DNA of 57,352 bases from Actinomycetota bacterium (lineage in GTDB: Bacteria; Actinomycetota; CADDZG01; JAHWKV01; JAOPZY01): contig JAOPZY010000259.1 in NCBI GenBank assembly GCA_025963875.1, positions 1 through 57,352 of the forward strand. Direction: 5' to 3'. This document shows, piece after piece, positions 1 to 11,470 of this stretch (position 1 is the first letter of the stretch; each line of letters starts with the position of its first letter). The notes beneath the pieces were generated by a model that saw only the letters and a list, made by a program, of their open reading frames with translations, was not told the origin of the DNA and searched no databases. The translations under genes were made by a program, and so were the position numbers.

Positions 1-57
1 CCAGCTGGGTCAGCTGGGTCCAGCAATGATTGTCGTCGAAAAGCGAGACTGTAGCCC

Positions 58-801
58 GTGAGGCTCCATGACCCCGCCTCCGGCAGGCGGCCGCTCGCCG
101 GCATCCTGCTCGTGGCGTTGCTGCTCGTCGGCTGTTCACGGTCCGCCGCCGGCGCTCCCGCCAGCGCCAAGGCCGACGTCGAACGGGCCTACCTGGCGTG
201 GTGGAGCGCCCGGCAGGCCGCCTACCTCAAGCTGGACCCCTCTGCCCTCAAGGCGTACGCTACCCCGGCCGCGCTCGGGGCCGACGTCCAGCGCATGGCG
301 GACCTGCGGGCTGCGGGGCATCTCCTCCAGCTGTTGGCCGAGCACGGGATGCAGACCGTCGTCTACCGGGACGGGGCCACCGCCTCGGTCGACGACGTCT
401 GGGCCGACCACTCGGTCGAGCTCGACTCCAGCACGCTGTCGCCCATCCAGCCGGACCCCGACGTCACGGTGCACGACAGCACGACCCTGCGCCGGCGGGG
501 CGGACGCTGGGTGGTGGACGGGGTGTTCCGCTTCGGCTCCTCGCACGAGTTGCCGGGCGAGGCCGTGTCGTATGCCGCGGTCGCCGGCGGCAAGCCCCTA
601 CCGGACTTCTACCGCCAGCCGATCGAGGACGCCTACCGGAAGGCGAGCCGCCCGGCGGTCGAGCACAACGAGCGGGTGGCGATCGCGCAGGACAGCGTCG
701 CCTGGGTCTACGACACCACCGCCGACGGCTCGTCGGTGGCGCATACCGCCACGAGGCTCACGCAGACCTCGGGTGTCTGGAAAGGAGAAGCAAGCTCGTA
801 A
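58..801 (+). CDS. Hypothetical lipoprotein, probable NTF2-like fold
   Basis: Hydrophobic signal ending in lipobox LLVGC; NTF2-like terminal strand TTLRRRGGRWVV; GC-rich third codon positions. Confidence 0.65.
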   Translation: MRLHDPASGRRPLAGILLVALLLVGCSRSAAGAPASAKADVERAYLAWWSARQAAYLKLDPSALKAYATPAALGADVQRMADLRAAGHLLQLLAEHGMQTVVYRDGATASVDDVWADHSVELDSSTLSPIQPDPDVTVHDSTTLRRRGGRWVVDGVFRFGSSHELPGEAVSYAAVAGGKPLPDFYRQPIEDAYRKASRPAVEHNERVAIAQDSVAWVYDTTADGSSVAHTATRLTQTSGVWKGEASS

Positions 802-807
802 ATTGCC

Positions 808-1164
808 TCAGAGACCTGCCCTGATCCCGGACCAGGCCAGCTGCAGCCAGGACACGTGCGGCTTCTTCGATGCCGGCGAGGCGGGGCTGGTTGCCGGCTG
901 GGGGTGCACGATGATGTACGACGTCTCACCCGGCCTCACGTAGCCGAGCTGGTCGCGGGCGAGTTGTTCCACATGCTTGGGATCCTGCATCGCCTGGATG
1001 CGCGCCGTGAGCTGGGCTGCCTCGGCGTTGCCCGCCGCGAGGGCCGCCTCGTCGCTGCGGACCTGCTGGTGCTCCGCCCAGAGCTGGCGGGCCGGGCCCA
1101 GCGCCATCATCGCCAGCAGCAGCAGGATGATCCCGAGCAGCGTGCCGTGGAAGGTGAGCCGCAT
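808..1164 (-). CDS. ftsB: Septum formation initiator FtsB/DivIC
   Basis: N-terminal TM helix, coiled coil, motif VEQLARDQLGYVRPGE; directly downstream of eno. Confidence 0.9.
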   Translation of the reverse strand: MRLTFHGTLLGIILLLLAMMALGPARQLWAEHQQVRSDEAALAAGNAEAAQLTARIQAMQDPKHVEQLARDQLGYVRPGETSYIIVHPQPATSPASPASKKPHVSWLQLAWSGIRAGL

Positions 1165-1170
1165 CCCCGC

Positions 1171-2598
<1,428 letters not shown>

Positions 2599-2623
2599 TC
2601 ATCCCGCTTCACGAAAATGTGCA

Positions 2624-2884
2624 TCAGAGGTGGGACAGGATCAGCCACAGGAAGAGGAGCACAACGAAGCAGGCCCCGAGCACGACGCCCGCAATCGCCA
2701 GGCGGCTTGTCCTGGGGGCCGCCTCCGGCTGGTCAGGCGCGCCAGGCGGCGGCCACTGCGGTTGTGGCGCGGCGGGCGGGTCCCCAGACGGCTGCACAAA
2801 CGGCGGCCCCACCGGCGGCCACGGGGCGGCGGGCGGACCCGGCGGCGGCCACTCGCCAGGCAGGGGGACATCGTCACGTGCCAA
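2624..2884 (-). CDS. Small Pro-rich membrane protein (DUF4190-like)
   Basis: Pro-rich N-terminus followed by RTSRLAIAGVVLG and one TM helix; co-oriented between mazG and eno. Confidence 0.6.
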   Translation of the reverse strand: MARDDVPLPGEWPPPGPPAAPWPPVGPPFVQPSGDPPAAPQPQWPPPGAPDQPEAAPRTSRLAIAGVVLGACFVVLLFLWLILSHL

Positions 2885-2896
2885 GGCGGCAGGGCG

Positions 2897-3994
2897 CTAG
2901 TCGGAAGGTGGCGTCGGAAACTGCACGAGTCCATCGGGAGTCCCGCCGGTGTTGCCGGAGAGGTGCTGCGTCGCCGTCCGGCGAAGGGCCCCCTCGGGGT
3001 CGACACCTGCCAGCTGGGCGAGGGCGACGACCTCGAAGAGCAGGTCGCCGAAGGCAGCGTCGGCATCCGATCCTGTCGCAGAGGCCGCGGCGCCGGCCAG
3101 GGTGGACAGGTGCTGCACCGACGCCTCCCACCGTCTCCCGGCGCCCGAGATACGGCGCTGGACCTTGTGGGCGTACAGGAGGGCCGGCAGGTCCTTCGGG
3201 ATACCTTCGGCCCCCGTGGACCGGCCCTTCTGCTCGTGCTTCAACGCCTCCCAGTTGGCAACGACCTCGTCGGCCCCGCCCACCGTGACGTCGCCGAAGA
3301 TGTGGGGGTGGCGGTAGACGAGCTTGGCGATCAGCTCCTCGACCACGTCGCCGATCTCGAAGGCCCCGGCGTCGCTGGCGAGCTGGGCGTGGAAGACGAT
3401 CTGCAGCAGCAGGTCCCCGAGTTCCTCCTCGAGGTCCACCATGTCGTGGCGGTCGATGGCGTCGAGGACCTCGTAGGTCTCCTCGATCAGGTGGATCGCT
3501 AGGGACTGGTGGGTCTGGGCACGGTCCCAGGGGCAGCCGTCGGGGGAGCGCAGCCTCGCCATCACCGCCACCAGCCGCTCGAAGGCGATCGCGCCCCGCA
3601 GCGCCGCAGGGCCGGCGAAGGTCCCGGTCATGGGGTCGGCCGCCGGCAGACGCTCCACCTCGGTGACCGCGGGCTCGACGACCACCTCGATGCCCGCCGA
3701 AGCCGCCGCCCGCAGGATGGGGACCGCCTCGGGTGCCTCCAGGGGATGGCCCGCCACCGCATAGACGCAGGAGTCGGAGCGCTTCGCCCAGCGGATGACG
3801 GAAGCGGCGATGGCCTCGGGATCGGTCTCGGACACGCTCTCGAAGTTGAAGCCCCGAGCCAGGATGGTCTGGGCTGCCTCCTGGGCTGGGTCGCGGATCC
3901 GCAAGGGCTTGCCCGAGGCGAGCAGCTCCCAGGACCGCAGCGTGAGAAGCTCCGCCGCCCCCGGTCCCAGCCCGACCAGGTGCAGCCGGCTCAT
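2897..3994 (-). CDS. mazG: MazG nucleoside triphosphate pyrophosphohydrolase with N-terminal tetrapyrrole-methylase-like domain (YabN type)
   Basis: LVGLGPG at the N-terminus; GCPWDRAQTH, EETYE, EELGDLLLQ and RHPHIFG motifs. Confidence 0.93.
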   Translation of the reverse strand: MSRLHLVGLGPGAAELLTLRSWELLASGKPLRIRDPAQEAAQTILARGFNFESVSETDPEAIAASVIRWAKRSDSCVYAVAGHPLEAPEAVPILRAAASAGIEVVVEPAVTEVERLPAADPMTGTFAGPAALRGAIAFERLVAVMARLRSPDGCPWDRAQTHQSLAIHLIEETYEVLDAIDRHDMVDLEEELGDLLLQIVFHAQLASDAGAFEIGDVVEELIAKLVYRHPHIFGDVTVGGADEVVANWEALKHEQKGRSTGAEGIPKDLPALLYAHKVQRRISGAGRRWEASVQHLSTLAGAAASATGSDADAAFGDLLFEVVALAQLAGVDPEGALRRTATQHLSGNTGGTPDGLVQFPTPPSD

Positions 3995-5103
3995 GGGCCG
4001 CTGGTTCCGGTGCTGGGAACGGGGGAGGGGGCGGGTTCGGCGCCGGGAGGTGCCTCGACCGACTGGCTCGCGGCGTTGAACTGGCCGAACGAGGGGTTGA
4101 TCCTGATGCGGTTGCGGGCGACCGCCTGGTGGACCCAGGTGGTGAAGGCCTGCTGGCGGGGGGTCTGCTCGAGCTGGTTGTTGATCGTGGACGCCGCATC
4201 GGCCAGCGGCCTTCCCTTGGCGATCAGCTTGATGATGTGGTACCCGAACTGGCTCTGGACGGGCTGCGGTGTGACCTGGCCCGGCTGCAGGGCGAGGGCG
4301 GCCTGCTCGAACGGAGCCACCGCGCTGCCGGGCTGGACCCAGCCGAGGTCACCGCCCGCAGCCTTGGAGCCCGTGTCCGTCGAGTACTGCCGGGCGAGCT
4401 GGGCGAAGTCGTTGCCGGCGATCGCCCGCTCGTCGACCGACTTCGCAAGCTCGAGGTCGGCGGCGGTCGGCGTGCAGGCCCCCTGGGCGTCCGCATGGGA
4501 GCAGATGAGGATGTGGGCGACGTGGTACTCGGCGTCGAAGGTGGCCTTGTTCTGCTGGTAGTTGGCGGCGATCTGGTCGGGGGTGGCGTTGATGCCGTTG
4601 ATGACCTTGGCCTGGGCCCGCGTCACGATGAGGTTGAGCCGCTCGTAGCGGGTGAACTCGTCGAGGTTGAGCCCCTGCTGGGCCAGCGCCGTCTGGAGGG
4701 CCGCGGCGCCCCCGAGGCGCTGGCGGGTGTTGGCGAGGGCGGCCTGGACGTCGGCGTCCTTGACCGAAACACCGAGCCTCGCTGCTTCGTTCACGACCGC
4801 CTGCTGCTGGACCAGCTGGGTCAGGATCTGGCGCTTGGCATCGACCCGGTTCAGGTTCGACTTCGGACCCTTGAACAGGGCCGAGAACTCCGTCTGGGAG
4901 GCCACGACCTTGAGCTGCGTGACCACGGCCTCCTCGGTGATCTTCGCGCCACCGACCACCGCCGCCGTCGGCGCGAAGTAGCTGCCGAAGCCGCCGGCGC
5001 AGGCAGGCAGGAGCAGCACCATCGCTGCGGCGAGCAGCAGGAGGCGGCGACCGGAGGTCGTCCCCGGTGGGAGGGCGCGCCAGCGGCTGCGAGGGAGTCG
5101 CAT
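3991..5103 (-). CDS. SurA/PrsA-like parvulin peptidyl-prolyl isomerase (lipoprotein foldase)
   Basis: Lipobox-like LLPAC; SurA N-domain-like helices; rotamase motifs HIL, FAQLARQYS, GGDLG, FGYHIIK. Confidence 0.88.
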   Translation of the reverse strand: MRLPRSRWRALPPGTTSGRRLLLLAAAMVLLLPACAGGFGSYFAPTAAVVGGAKITEEAVVTQLKVVASQTEFSALFKGPKSNLNRVDAKRQILTQLVQQQAVVNEAARLGVSVKDADVQAALANTRQRLGGAAALQTALAQQGLNLDEFTRYERLNLIVTRAQAKVINGINATPDQIAANYQQNKATFDAEYHVAHILICSHADAQGACTPTAADLELAKSVDERAIAGNDFAQLARQYSTDTGSKAAGGDLGWVQPGSAVAPFEQAALALQPGQVTPQPVQSQFGYHIIKLIAKGRPLADAASTINNQLEQTPRQQAFTTWVHQAVARNRIRINPSFGQFNAASQSVEAPPGAEPAPSPVPSTGTSGP

Positions 5104-5105
5104 GC

Positions 5106-8100
5106 TCAGGGGAGGTTACCTACTTTCAGGAGGCCCCGCAGGGTGGCGAGCACCCAGGCGATGAGGTCCCTGCCCGGGGCGGGGATGATGAGCGTCCCGG
5201 TCACGGGCTTGTAGGTCGAGCCGGGGTGCAGCCGCGCGAGGCGGACCTCCTGGGAGTCCAGCAACGACGGCACCGGGCGGGCCTTCATCACGCCGTCGCG
5301 CACGCCCAGCTCGGTGATCCCGACCTCGGCCATGTAGGCCCGCAGCTCGGCGACCGCCAGCAGGTTCGCCGTCGGCTCCGGCGGGGCTCCGTAGCGGTCG
5401 GTCAGCTCCTCGCGGAGGGCCTCGACCTCGTCGGCGGACCGCACCTTCTCGATCTGACGGTAGGCCTCGATCCGCAGCGACTCCCTGGCGATGTACGACG
5501 GGGGGATGAAGGCGTCGACCGGCAGGTCGATCCGCACCTCGACCGGGGCGGCCACCGGCGTGCCGGCGAGTTCCTGCACCGCCTCGTTCATCATCTTCAC
5601 GTACAGGTCCAGGCCGACCGCGGCGATGTGGCCCGACTGCTCGGCCCCGACGAGGTTGCCCGCCCCGCGGATCTCCAGGTCCCGCAGGGCGATCTTGAAG
5701 CCGCTGCCGAGCTCCGTGAACTCCGACAGGGTCTTGAGGCGCTCGTGGGCCTCGTCGGTGAGCACGTCCTCGTCGGGATAGAAGAAGTAGGCGTAGGCAC
5801 GCTCCCGGGCACGGCCGACCCGGCCCCGGAGCTGGTAGAGCTGGGCCAGGCCGAGGCGGTCGGCCCGCTCGACGATCAGGGTGTTCATCGCCGGGATGTC
5901 CAGCCCGCTCTCGATGATCGTCGTGCAGACGAGCACGTCGGTCTTGCCGTCCCAGACGTCGATCATCACGCGCTCGAGCTCCGCCTCGCTCATCTGCCCG
6001 TGGGCCACCGCGACCCGGGCCTGCGGCACGAGGGCCTGGATCCGCCGGGCGGCGCCGTGGATCGAGCGGACCCGGTTGTGCACGTAGAAGACCTGCCCGT
6101 CCCGGGCCAGCTCCCGGCGGATGGCGGCGGTGACCATGCGCTGCTCGTGGGCGCCGACGTAGGTGAGCACCGGGCGGCGGTCCGCCGGCGGGGTGTCGAC
6201 GAGCGACAGGTCCCGGATACCGGTCAGGGCCATCTCGAGCGTGCGGGGGATCGGGGTCGCGGTCATGGCCAGGGCGTCGACGTTCGCCCGGATCTTCTTC
6301 AGCGCCTCCTTGTGCTTGACGCCGAAGCGCTGCTCCTCGTCGACGACCAGCAGCCCGAGGTCCGAGAACTTGATGTCGCGCTGCAGCAGGCGGTGGGTGC
6401 CGATGACGACGTCGATCTTGCCGCTCCCCACCCCCTCGACCACCTCGGCCTCCTCCTTGGCGTTCAGGAAGCGGGAGAGCTGAGCGACCCTCACCGGGAA
6501 GCCGGCGAAGCGGTCGCTGAAGGTCTGGGCGTGCTGCTGGGCGAGGATCGTCGTCGGCACGAGGACGGCGACCTGCTTGGAGTCCTGGACCGCCTTGAAG
6601 GCGGCCCGTACCGCGATCTCGGTCTTGCCGTAGCCGACGTCCCCGCAGATGAGCCGGTCCATCGGGACCGCCCGCTCCATGTCGGCCTTCACCTCTTCGA
6701 TCGCTCGGGCCTGGTCCGGGGTCTCGAGGTAGGGGAAGGCGTCCTCCAGCTCCCGCTGCCAGGGGGTGTCCGGCCCGAAGGCGTGGCCCTCGGCGGCCTT
6801 GCGCTTGGCATAGAGCACGACCAGCTCCTTGGCGATGTCCTGCACCGCCCGCCGCGCCCGTGACTTCTGCTTCTCCCAGTCGCCGCTGCCGAGCCGGTTG
6901 AGCCGGGGGGCTTCGCCTCCTGCGTACTTCGTGATGACGTCGAGCGATTCCACCGGCACGTACAGGCGGTCGTCGCCCGAGTACTCGATCAGCAGGTAGT
7001 CGCGGGAGATGCCGGACAGGGAGCGGGTGACCATCCCGAGGTAGCGCCCCACCCCGTTGGTCTCGTGGACCACGTAGTCCCCGACCGCGAGCTGCAGCAC
7101 CAGGGCCGTGGCCCGCGCGGCGGGGTCCGCGGACGGCGCGGCCACGGGGCGGCGCTTCCCGAAGAGGTCCGCCTCGCCGATGAGCGCCAGGACCGGCTTG
7201 CCGTCGAAGCGCAGCAGGAACCCGCGGTCCACCGACGCCGTCGAGATGGAGGCGTCGTCCACCTTGGCGGCGGCGGCGACCGGCAGGCCGAGGCCGGCCT
7301 GGGCGAGGATCTCCTTGGCGCGGTTGGCGGTCCGTCCTGCCGCAACCGTCACCGTGGCGCCTTCGGCCCGGTCGTTGCGGATGGTCTCGACGAGGCGCTC
7401 CGGTTGGCCGAGCGACTCGTCCCAACCGGTCACGTCGAGGTCGATGCCCTCCTCGGCCCGGGCGTAGGGCCAGAGCTCGATGACCTGCGCTCCGCCTGCC
7501 GCCTCCTCCCACGGGATGAACATGCTGGCGGACTCGGGGGAGGCCCACTCGGCGGCCTGGGCGAGGAAGTCCGAGGCCCGGTCGCGGCAGGACTTGGGAT
7601 CGGCGATGACGAGGGCGCCCGCAGCCGCGATGAGGCCTGCCGGGGGGTGGAGGGGGCCGCCCAGGGTGCCGAGCCACGCCTCCATGCCGGGGAAGGCGAT
7701 CCCGGCCGCCAGCCGCTCCAGGTCCGACTGCCGCCCCGCGCCCGGCCCTTGGGGGCTCAGGGAGGGATAGGCGTCGTCCTCGTCGTCGTCCTCCTGGAGC
7801 GCCAGCACCGGCTCCTCCTCGCCGGGCTCGTCCCTATGGCCGAGCAGGCGGCGGGCAGCCTCCATTGCCTGGGGGCCGAGCAGCAGCTCGCGGGCGGGGA
7901 GGATGTCGACCCCCGCGGCGTCGGCCAGGCTTCGCTGGCTGCCGATGGAGAAGGTCTTGAGCGACGTGATCTCGTCGCCGAAGAAGTCGGCCCGCACCGG
8001 GACGGCTCCCGGCGGGTACACGTCGAGGATGCCGCCGCGCACGGAGAACTCTCCCGCCCGCTCGACGAGGTAGTTTCGCTCGTAGCCGAGCGCGGCGAGG

Positions 8101-8573
8101 CGCCGCTCCAGGTCCTCGAGGTCGATCGTCGTGCCGGCTTCCAGGTGGAGCGACTCCGTGGGCGGGGCACCGACCTGCTGCAGGTAGGCGCGGACCGACG
8201 TGACGACGATGCGCAGCGGCGGGGTCCCCTCTGGCAGCGTCTCGGCTCCGCCCCCGGCCAGCTCCCACAGGATCCGGAGGCGCCGCCCCATGGTGTCGAG
8301 CGTCGGCGACATCGCCTCGCCCGGGAGCACCTCCCAGGCCGGGAAGACCTCGACCCGTCCCCCGGCCACCCAGGGACCGAGCGCGGTGGCGAAGGCCTCG
8401 GCGTCCCGGCTGCGGGGGAGCACGACCAGCAGGGGCGACACCCGCTCCGCCAGGCCGGCGACCGTGGCCGGGCGCGCGACATCGGGGAGACCGGCTTCGC
8501 CCTCGGACGCGATCGCATCGAGGACGTCGGAGCGGTCCCACAGTCTCAGGAGGTCGGAAAGTTCACCGGGCAT
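5106..8573 (-). CDS. mfd: Transcription-repair coupling factor
   Basis: RGGILD, CarD-like VVHETNGVG, GDVGYGKT, DEEQRFG, TATPIPRT, QLRGRVGR and a TRCF C-terminus. Confidence 0.98.
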   Translation of the reverse strand: MPGELSDLLRLWDRSDVLDAIASEGEAGLPDVARPATVAGLAERVSPLLVVLPRSRDAEAFATALGPWVAGGRVEVFPAWEVLPGEAMSPTLDTMGRRLRILWELAGGGAETLPEGTPPLRIVVTSVRAYLQQVGAPPTESLHLEAGTTIDLEDLERRLAALGYERNYLVERAGEFSVRGGILDVYPPGAVPVRADFFGDEITSLKTFSIGSQRSLADAAGVDILPARELLLGPQAMEAARRLLGHRDEPGEEEPVLALQEDDDEDDAYPSLSPQGPGAGRQSDLERLAAGIAFPGMEAWLGTLGGPLHPPAGLIAAAGALVIADPKSCRDRASDFLAQAAEWASPESASMFIPWEEAAGGAQVIELWPYARAEEGIDLDVTGWDESLGQPERLVETIRNDRAEGATVTVAAGRTANRAKEILAQAGLGLPVAAAAKVDDASISTASVDRGFLLRFDGKPVLALIGEADLFGKRRPVAAPSADPAARATALVLQLAVGDYVVHETNGVGRYLGMVTRSLSGISRDYLLIEYSGDDRLYVPVESLDVITKYAGGEAPRLNRLGSGDWEKQKSRARRAVQDIAKELVVLYAKRKAAEGHAFGPDTPWQRELEDAFPYLETPDQARAIEEVKADMERAVPMDRLICGDVGYGKTEIAVRAAFKAVQDSKQVAVLVPTTILAQQHAQTFSDRFAGFPVRVAQLSRFLNAKEEAEVVEGVGSGKIDVVIGTHRLLQRDIKFSDLGLLVVDEEQRFGVKHKEALKKIRANVDALAMTATPIPRTLEMALTGIRDLSLVDTPPADRRPVLTYVGAHEQRMVTAAIRRELARDGQVFYVHNRVRSIHGAARRIQALVPQARVAVAHGQMSEAELERVMIDVWDGKTDVLVCTTIIESGLDIPAMNTLIVERADRLGLAQLYQLRGRVGRARERAYAYFFYPDEDVLTDEAHERLKTLSEFTELGSGFKIALRDLEIRGAGNLVGAEQSGHIAAVGLDLYVKMMNEAVQELAGTPVAAPVEVRIDLPVDAFIPPSYIARESLRIEAYRQIEKVRSADEVEALREELTDRYGAPPEPTANLLAVAELRAYMAEVGITELGVRDGVMKARPVPSLLDSQEVRLARLHPGSTYKPVTGTLIIPAPGRDLIAWVLATLRGLLKVGNLP

Positions 8574-8634
8574 GTGCGCGAAAGAACGCCCGATCCTGTC
8601 TCGATCGGGCCTCTCTCAATGGTACCCGCTGCTT

Positions 8635-9477
8635 CTACGTGAACCGTTTCACGAACGCCAGCGCCGTGTCGGCAACCTCCCGCCAGCCGTGGTCGATCGT
8701 GAGTGCGTGCCCGCGGTTCGGGATCTCGACGATCTCGGTGACCCCCTCGTTGCGCTTTTGCCGCTTGTACGATGCATTCGCGATCGACCACGGCACCGTG
8801 TTGTCCTTCTCGCCGGAGATGATCAGCAGCGGCCCACGGTCGGGGTTCTTGGTCTTCACCTTGGCTTCGGTCCATGGATTGAGGTTCGCGGTGGCTGCCT
8901 GGAACAGCGGCGCCCCCGACGCCGGCACCGCATAGGTCTCGTACAGCTCCTTCGCCTCGTCTTCGCTCACCGCATTGGCAAACGCGAAGCGGAACTGCTC
9001 GTAGGTGAGCGGCACCGCATGGTTGCGGTTCGCCGGGTTGCCGAGGACCGGCCGTGAGGACTTCAGCGCGGAGATCGGGAGGGGCAGCACGCCGCGGAAG
9101 GGCGCCGGATCGACTGCCACCGTCGCCGCCGAGAGCCCGCGGCCGGCGATGATCTGGGCGAGCAGCCCCCCGAAGGAGTGCCCGATGACGGCCGGTTTCT
9201 TCGTGAGCTGGCGGATCACCTCCTCGAAGTGGTCGGCAACCTGGCCCACCGTCTTGTGGGCGAAGACCTCGGGATTCGCGTTGGCCTCCGCGACGGTGTC
9301 CGGGTCGTCCGGCCAGCCGGGGGTGAGCGCCGTGTAGCCGGCCTCCTCGAAGACGTCGGCCCAGCGGTCCCAGCTGCTCGGCAGCAGCCAGAGCCCGTGG
9401 ATGAACACGACCGGCGTGAGCCCGGTTGCATTTGCCTTCTCGATGGACTCGGTCTCGTGCTCGGTAACTGTGGCCAT
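8635..9477 (-). CDS. Alpha/beta hydrolase
   Basis: FIHGLW, nucleophile motif GHSFGG, EKD and RGH catalytic residues; ATG at 9477 with GGGGAGG RBS. Confidence 0.9.
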   Translation of the reverse strand: MATVTEHETESIEKANATGLTPVVFIHGLWLLPSSWDRWADVFEEAGYTALTPGWPDDPDTVAEANANPEVFAHKTVGQVADHFEEVIRQLTKKPAVIGHSFGGLLAQIIAGRGLSAATVAVDPAPFRGVLPLPISALKSSRPVLGNPANRNHAVPLTYEQFRFAFANAVSEDEAKELYETYAVPASGAPLFQAATANLNPWTEAKVKTKNPDRGPLLIISGEKDNTVPWSIANASYKRQKRNEGVTEIVEIPNRGHALTIDHGWREVADTALAFVKRFT

Positions 9478-9846
9478 GTGAGCCTCCCCCGTGCGTGCGA
9501 GCACGGCGGTTGCCGCACCCCGTTCGACTGTCCTGATGATGCCACCGCATGCCCGGGACTGGAAAGATCTCGCGAAGATCTCGTGTCGCGTGGGCAACTC
9601 CCGTGCCGAGAGGTTTGGCGTTTTTTCGTTCGCTACGAACAAATTTCCACCAAACTTCCCCCGGATTCTTCCGAGAAGCCGAACTCCCGGCCTCCACCTA
9701 CGGCGATGGCGGGCCGAGCCGTGGCAAGGCCACGGAGACGTCGAGGCCTCCGTTTGCCCGGCCCTGGGCGGACACCGTGCTTTCGTGGGCGGTCGCCACC
9801 GACTGCACGATCGCCAGGCCCAGGCCGAGACCAGGCCCGCCGGGGG

Positions 9847-10055
9847 TCGCGCTGGCGGGCGGGGTGGGCGGCCTCGCCCTGGGGGCCGGCGCGGTGGCGG
9901 TGGCGTCCGCCGTCGGCCATCAACCCACGGTGCTGCCCGCCGTAGCGGTGGTCGGGGTTCTCGTGACCGCGGCGATCGTCGGCACGGTCGCCGGTGCCTA
10001 TCCGGCCCTGCGGGCGGCCCGGCTGACGCCGACCGAGGCACTGCGCTCCGCCTGA
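9847..10055 (+). pseudogene. C-terminal remnant of an FtsX/MacB-type ABC transporter permease
   Basis: Reads ALAGGVGGLALG...GAYPALRAARLTPTEALRSA*, the typical permease end; no upstream permease body or plausible start. Confidence 0.7.
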
Positions 10056-10114
10056 GCCTTCCCCGAGACGGGTCTGCCCGGCCGCGGGAGGCGCCGTCTA
10101 TCATGGCGGGGCCT

Positions 10115-11470
10115 ATGGCGACGTCATCGCAGGGCCTCCCTGCCCCCAGGCTCCAGGGACCGCAGGCGATGGGGGCCGGCCTCGTCCACCGGGTGCGGGC
10201 CGCCGCCGCGACGACCCCCGGCCGGATGCGGCTCATCTCGCTGGGCGTCCTGGCGTGCGTGGCCCTGGCCTGGGCACTCGGGTTCTACGCCGTCTCCCAC
10301 CGCCAGCAGGGGATCCGTACCGTCGGCACGGAGGTTCAGCCCGTCGTCGTCGAGTCCCGCAGCATCCAGAGCCTGCTCTCGGGTGCCGACGCCAGCGCCG
10401 CCAACTCCTTCCTGGCGGGTGGCGTCGAGCCCGCGGACCAGCGTGCCCGCTACCTCACCAACACCAGGCAGGCCCAGGACGAGCTCGCCAAGGCCGCGGC
10501 GGGCGGCGGTGCGTCGGCCAAGGCCCAGGACGCCGTCAGGACCATCGCAGAGTCCAGCGCCACCTACGTGGGCCTCGTGGAGAGCGCCAGGGCCAACAAC
10601 CGCCAGGGATTCCCCGTCGGGGCGGGCTACCTCCGCCGGGCCACCGCCCTGCTGAACAACACCATCCTCCCGGCCGCCGACCGGCTGCACGAGGATTCGG
10701 TGCTCCGGCTCGACGCCGGGTACGCGGCGGCCGGCGGGATTGCCGCAACGGTCGGGGTCCTCGTTGCCGCCGTCGTGCTGTTCGTCGCGCTGGTCGCAGC
10801 CCAGGTCTTTCTCCGGAGGCGCACCAACCGCGTGCTCAACGTCGGCCTGGCGGCTGCCACCGGACTTTCGGTGCTGCTCATCGGCTGGACGCTGTTCTCG
10901 CTGGTGACCGAGGGCAGCCAGGTCGCCGCCGCCCGCGACCGGGCGGACGCGCTCAACCTGCTCGCCCAGGCACGGGTCACCGCCTTCCGGGCCAAGAGCG
11001 ACGAGAGCTTCGCACTCATCGCCCGCGGCAACGGCGCCGCCCAGTACAAGGCCTTCGACGACGCGGTGGCGGCCCTCGGCAGCCCCGACTCCGGGAAGGG
11101 CCTGCTCGCAGAGGCGGCCCGGCGGGCCGCCGCCGGCGACGAGCAGGCCTCGATGAACGGCGCGGTAGCGGCGTTCAAGTCCTATCTCGCCGCCCACGCC
11201 AATATCGCGAACCTCGACTCGAACGGCGCATCGCCGCAGGCCATCACCACGGCGCTCGCCGCCGGCCCCGGCACCGCCAACGGGGCCTTCGAGGCATTCG
11301 ACCAGGCAATCCAGCGGGTGTCGGTCCTCACCCAGCAGGAGTTCGACGGCCACATCCGCAGCGCTCGGGGCCACATCACCGGCCTGGCGATTGCGATCAG
11401 CCTCGCCTTCCTCCTCGTGGCGGTCCTCGTGCTCTACGGGTTCCAGCGGCGGATCGGGGAGTACCGGTGA
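10115..11470 (+). CDS. GlnX-like membrane sensor (several TM helices, two extracellular helical bundles)
   Basis: TTPGRMR start, LSGADASAANSFLAGGVEP, YVGLVESARANNRQGFPVGAGYLR, RRTNRVLNVGL and the ending RIGEYR; start could be 10103. Confidence 0.8.
   Translation: MATSSQGLPAPRLQGPQAMGAGLVHRVRAAAATTPGRMRLISLGVLACVALAWALGFYAVSHRQQGIRTVGTEVQPVVVESRSIQSLLSGADASAANSFLAGGVEPADQRARYLTNTRQAQDELAKAAAGGGASAKAQDAVRTIAESSATYVGLVESARANNRQGFPVGAGYLRRATALLNNTILPAADRLHEDSVLRLDAGYAAAGGIAATVGVLVAAVVLFVALVAAQVFLRRRTNRVLNVGLAAATGLSVLLIGWTLFSLVTEGSQVAAARDRADALNLLAQARVTAFRAKSDESFALIARGNGAAQYKAFDDAVAALGSPDSGKGLLAEAARRAAAGDEQASMNGAVAAFKSYLAAHANIANLDSNGASPQAITTALAAGPGTANGAFEAFDQAIQRVSVLTQQEFDGHIRSARGHITGLAIAISLAFLLVAVLVLYGFQRRIGEYR

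Noticed and set aside
2..24. CAGCTGGGT tandem repeat at the window start
   Set aside because: Only two full units at the edge, with no context to interpret.
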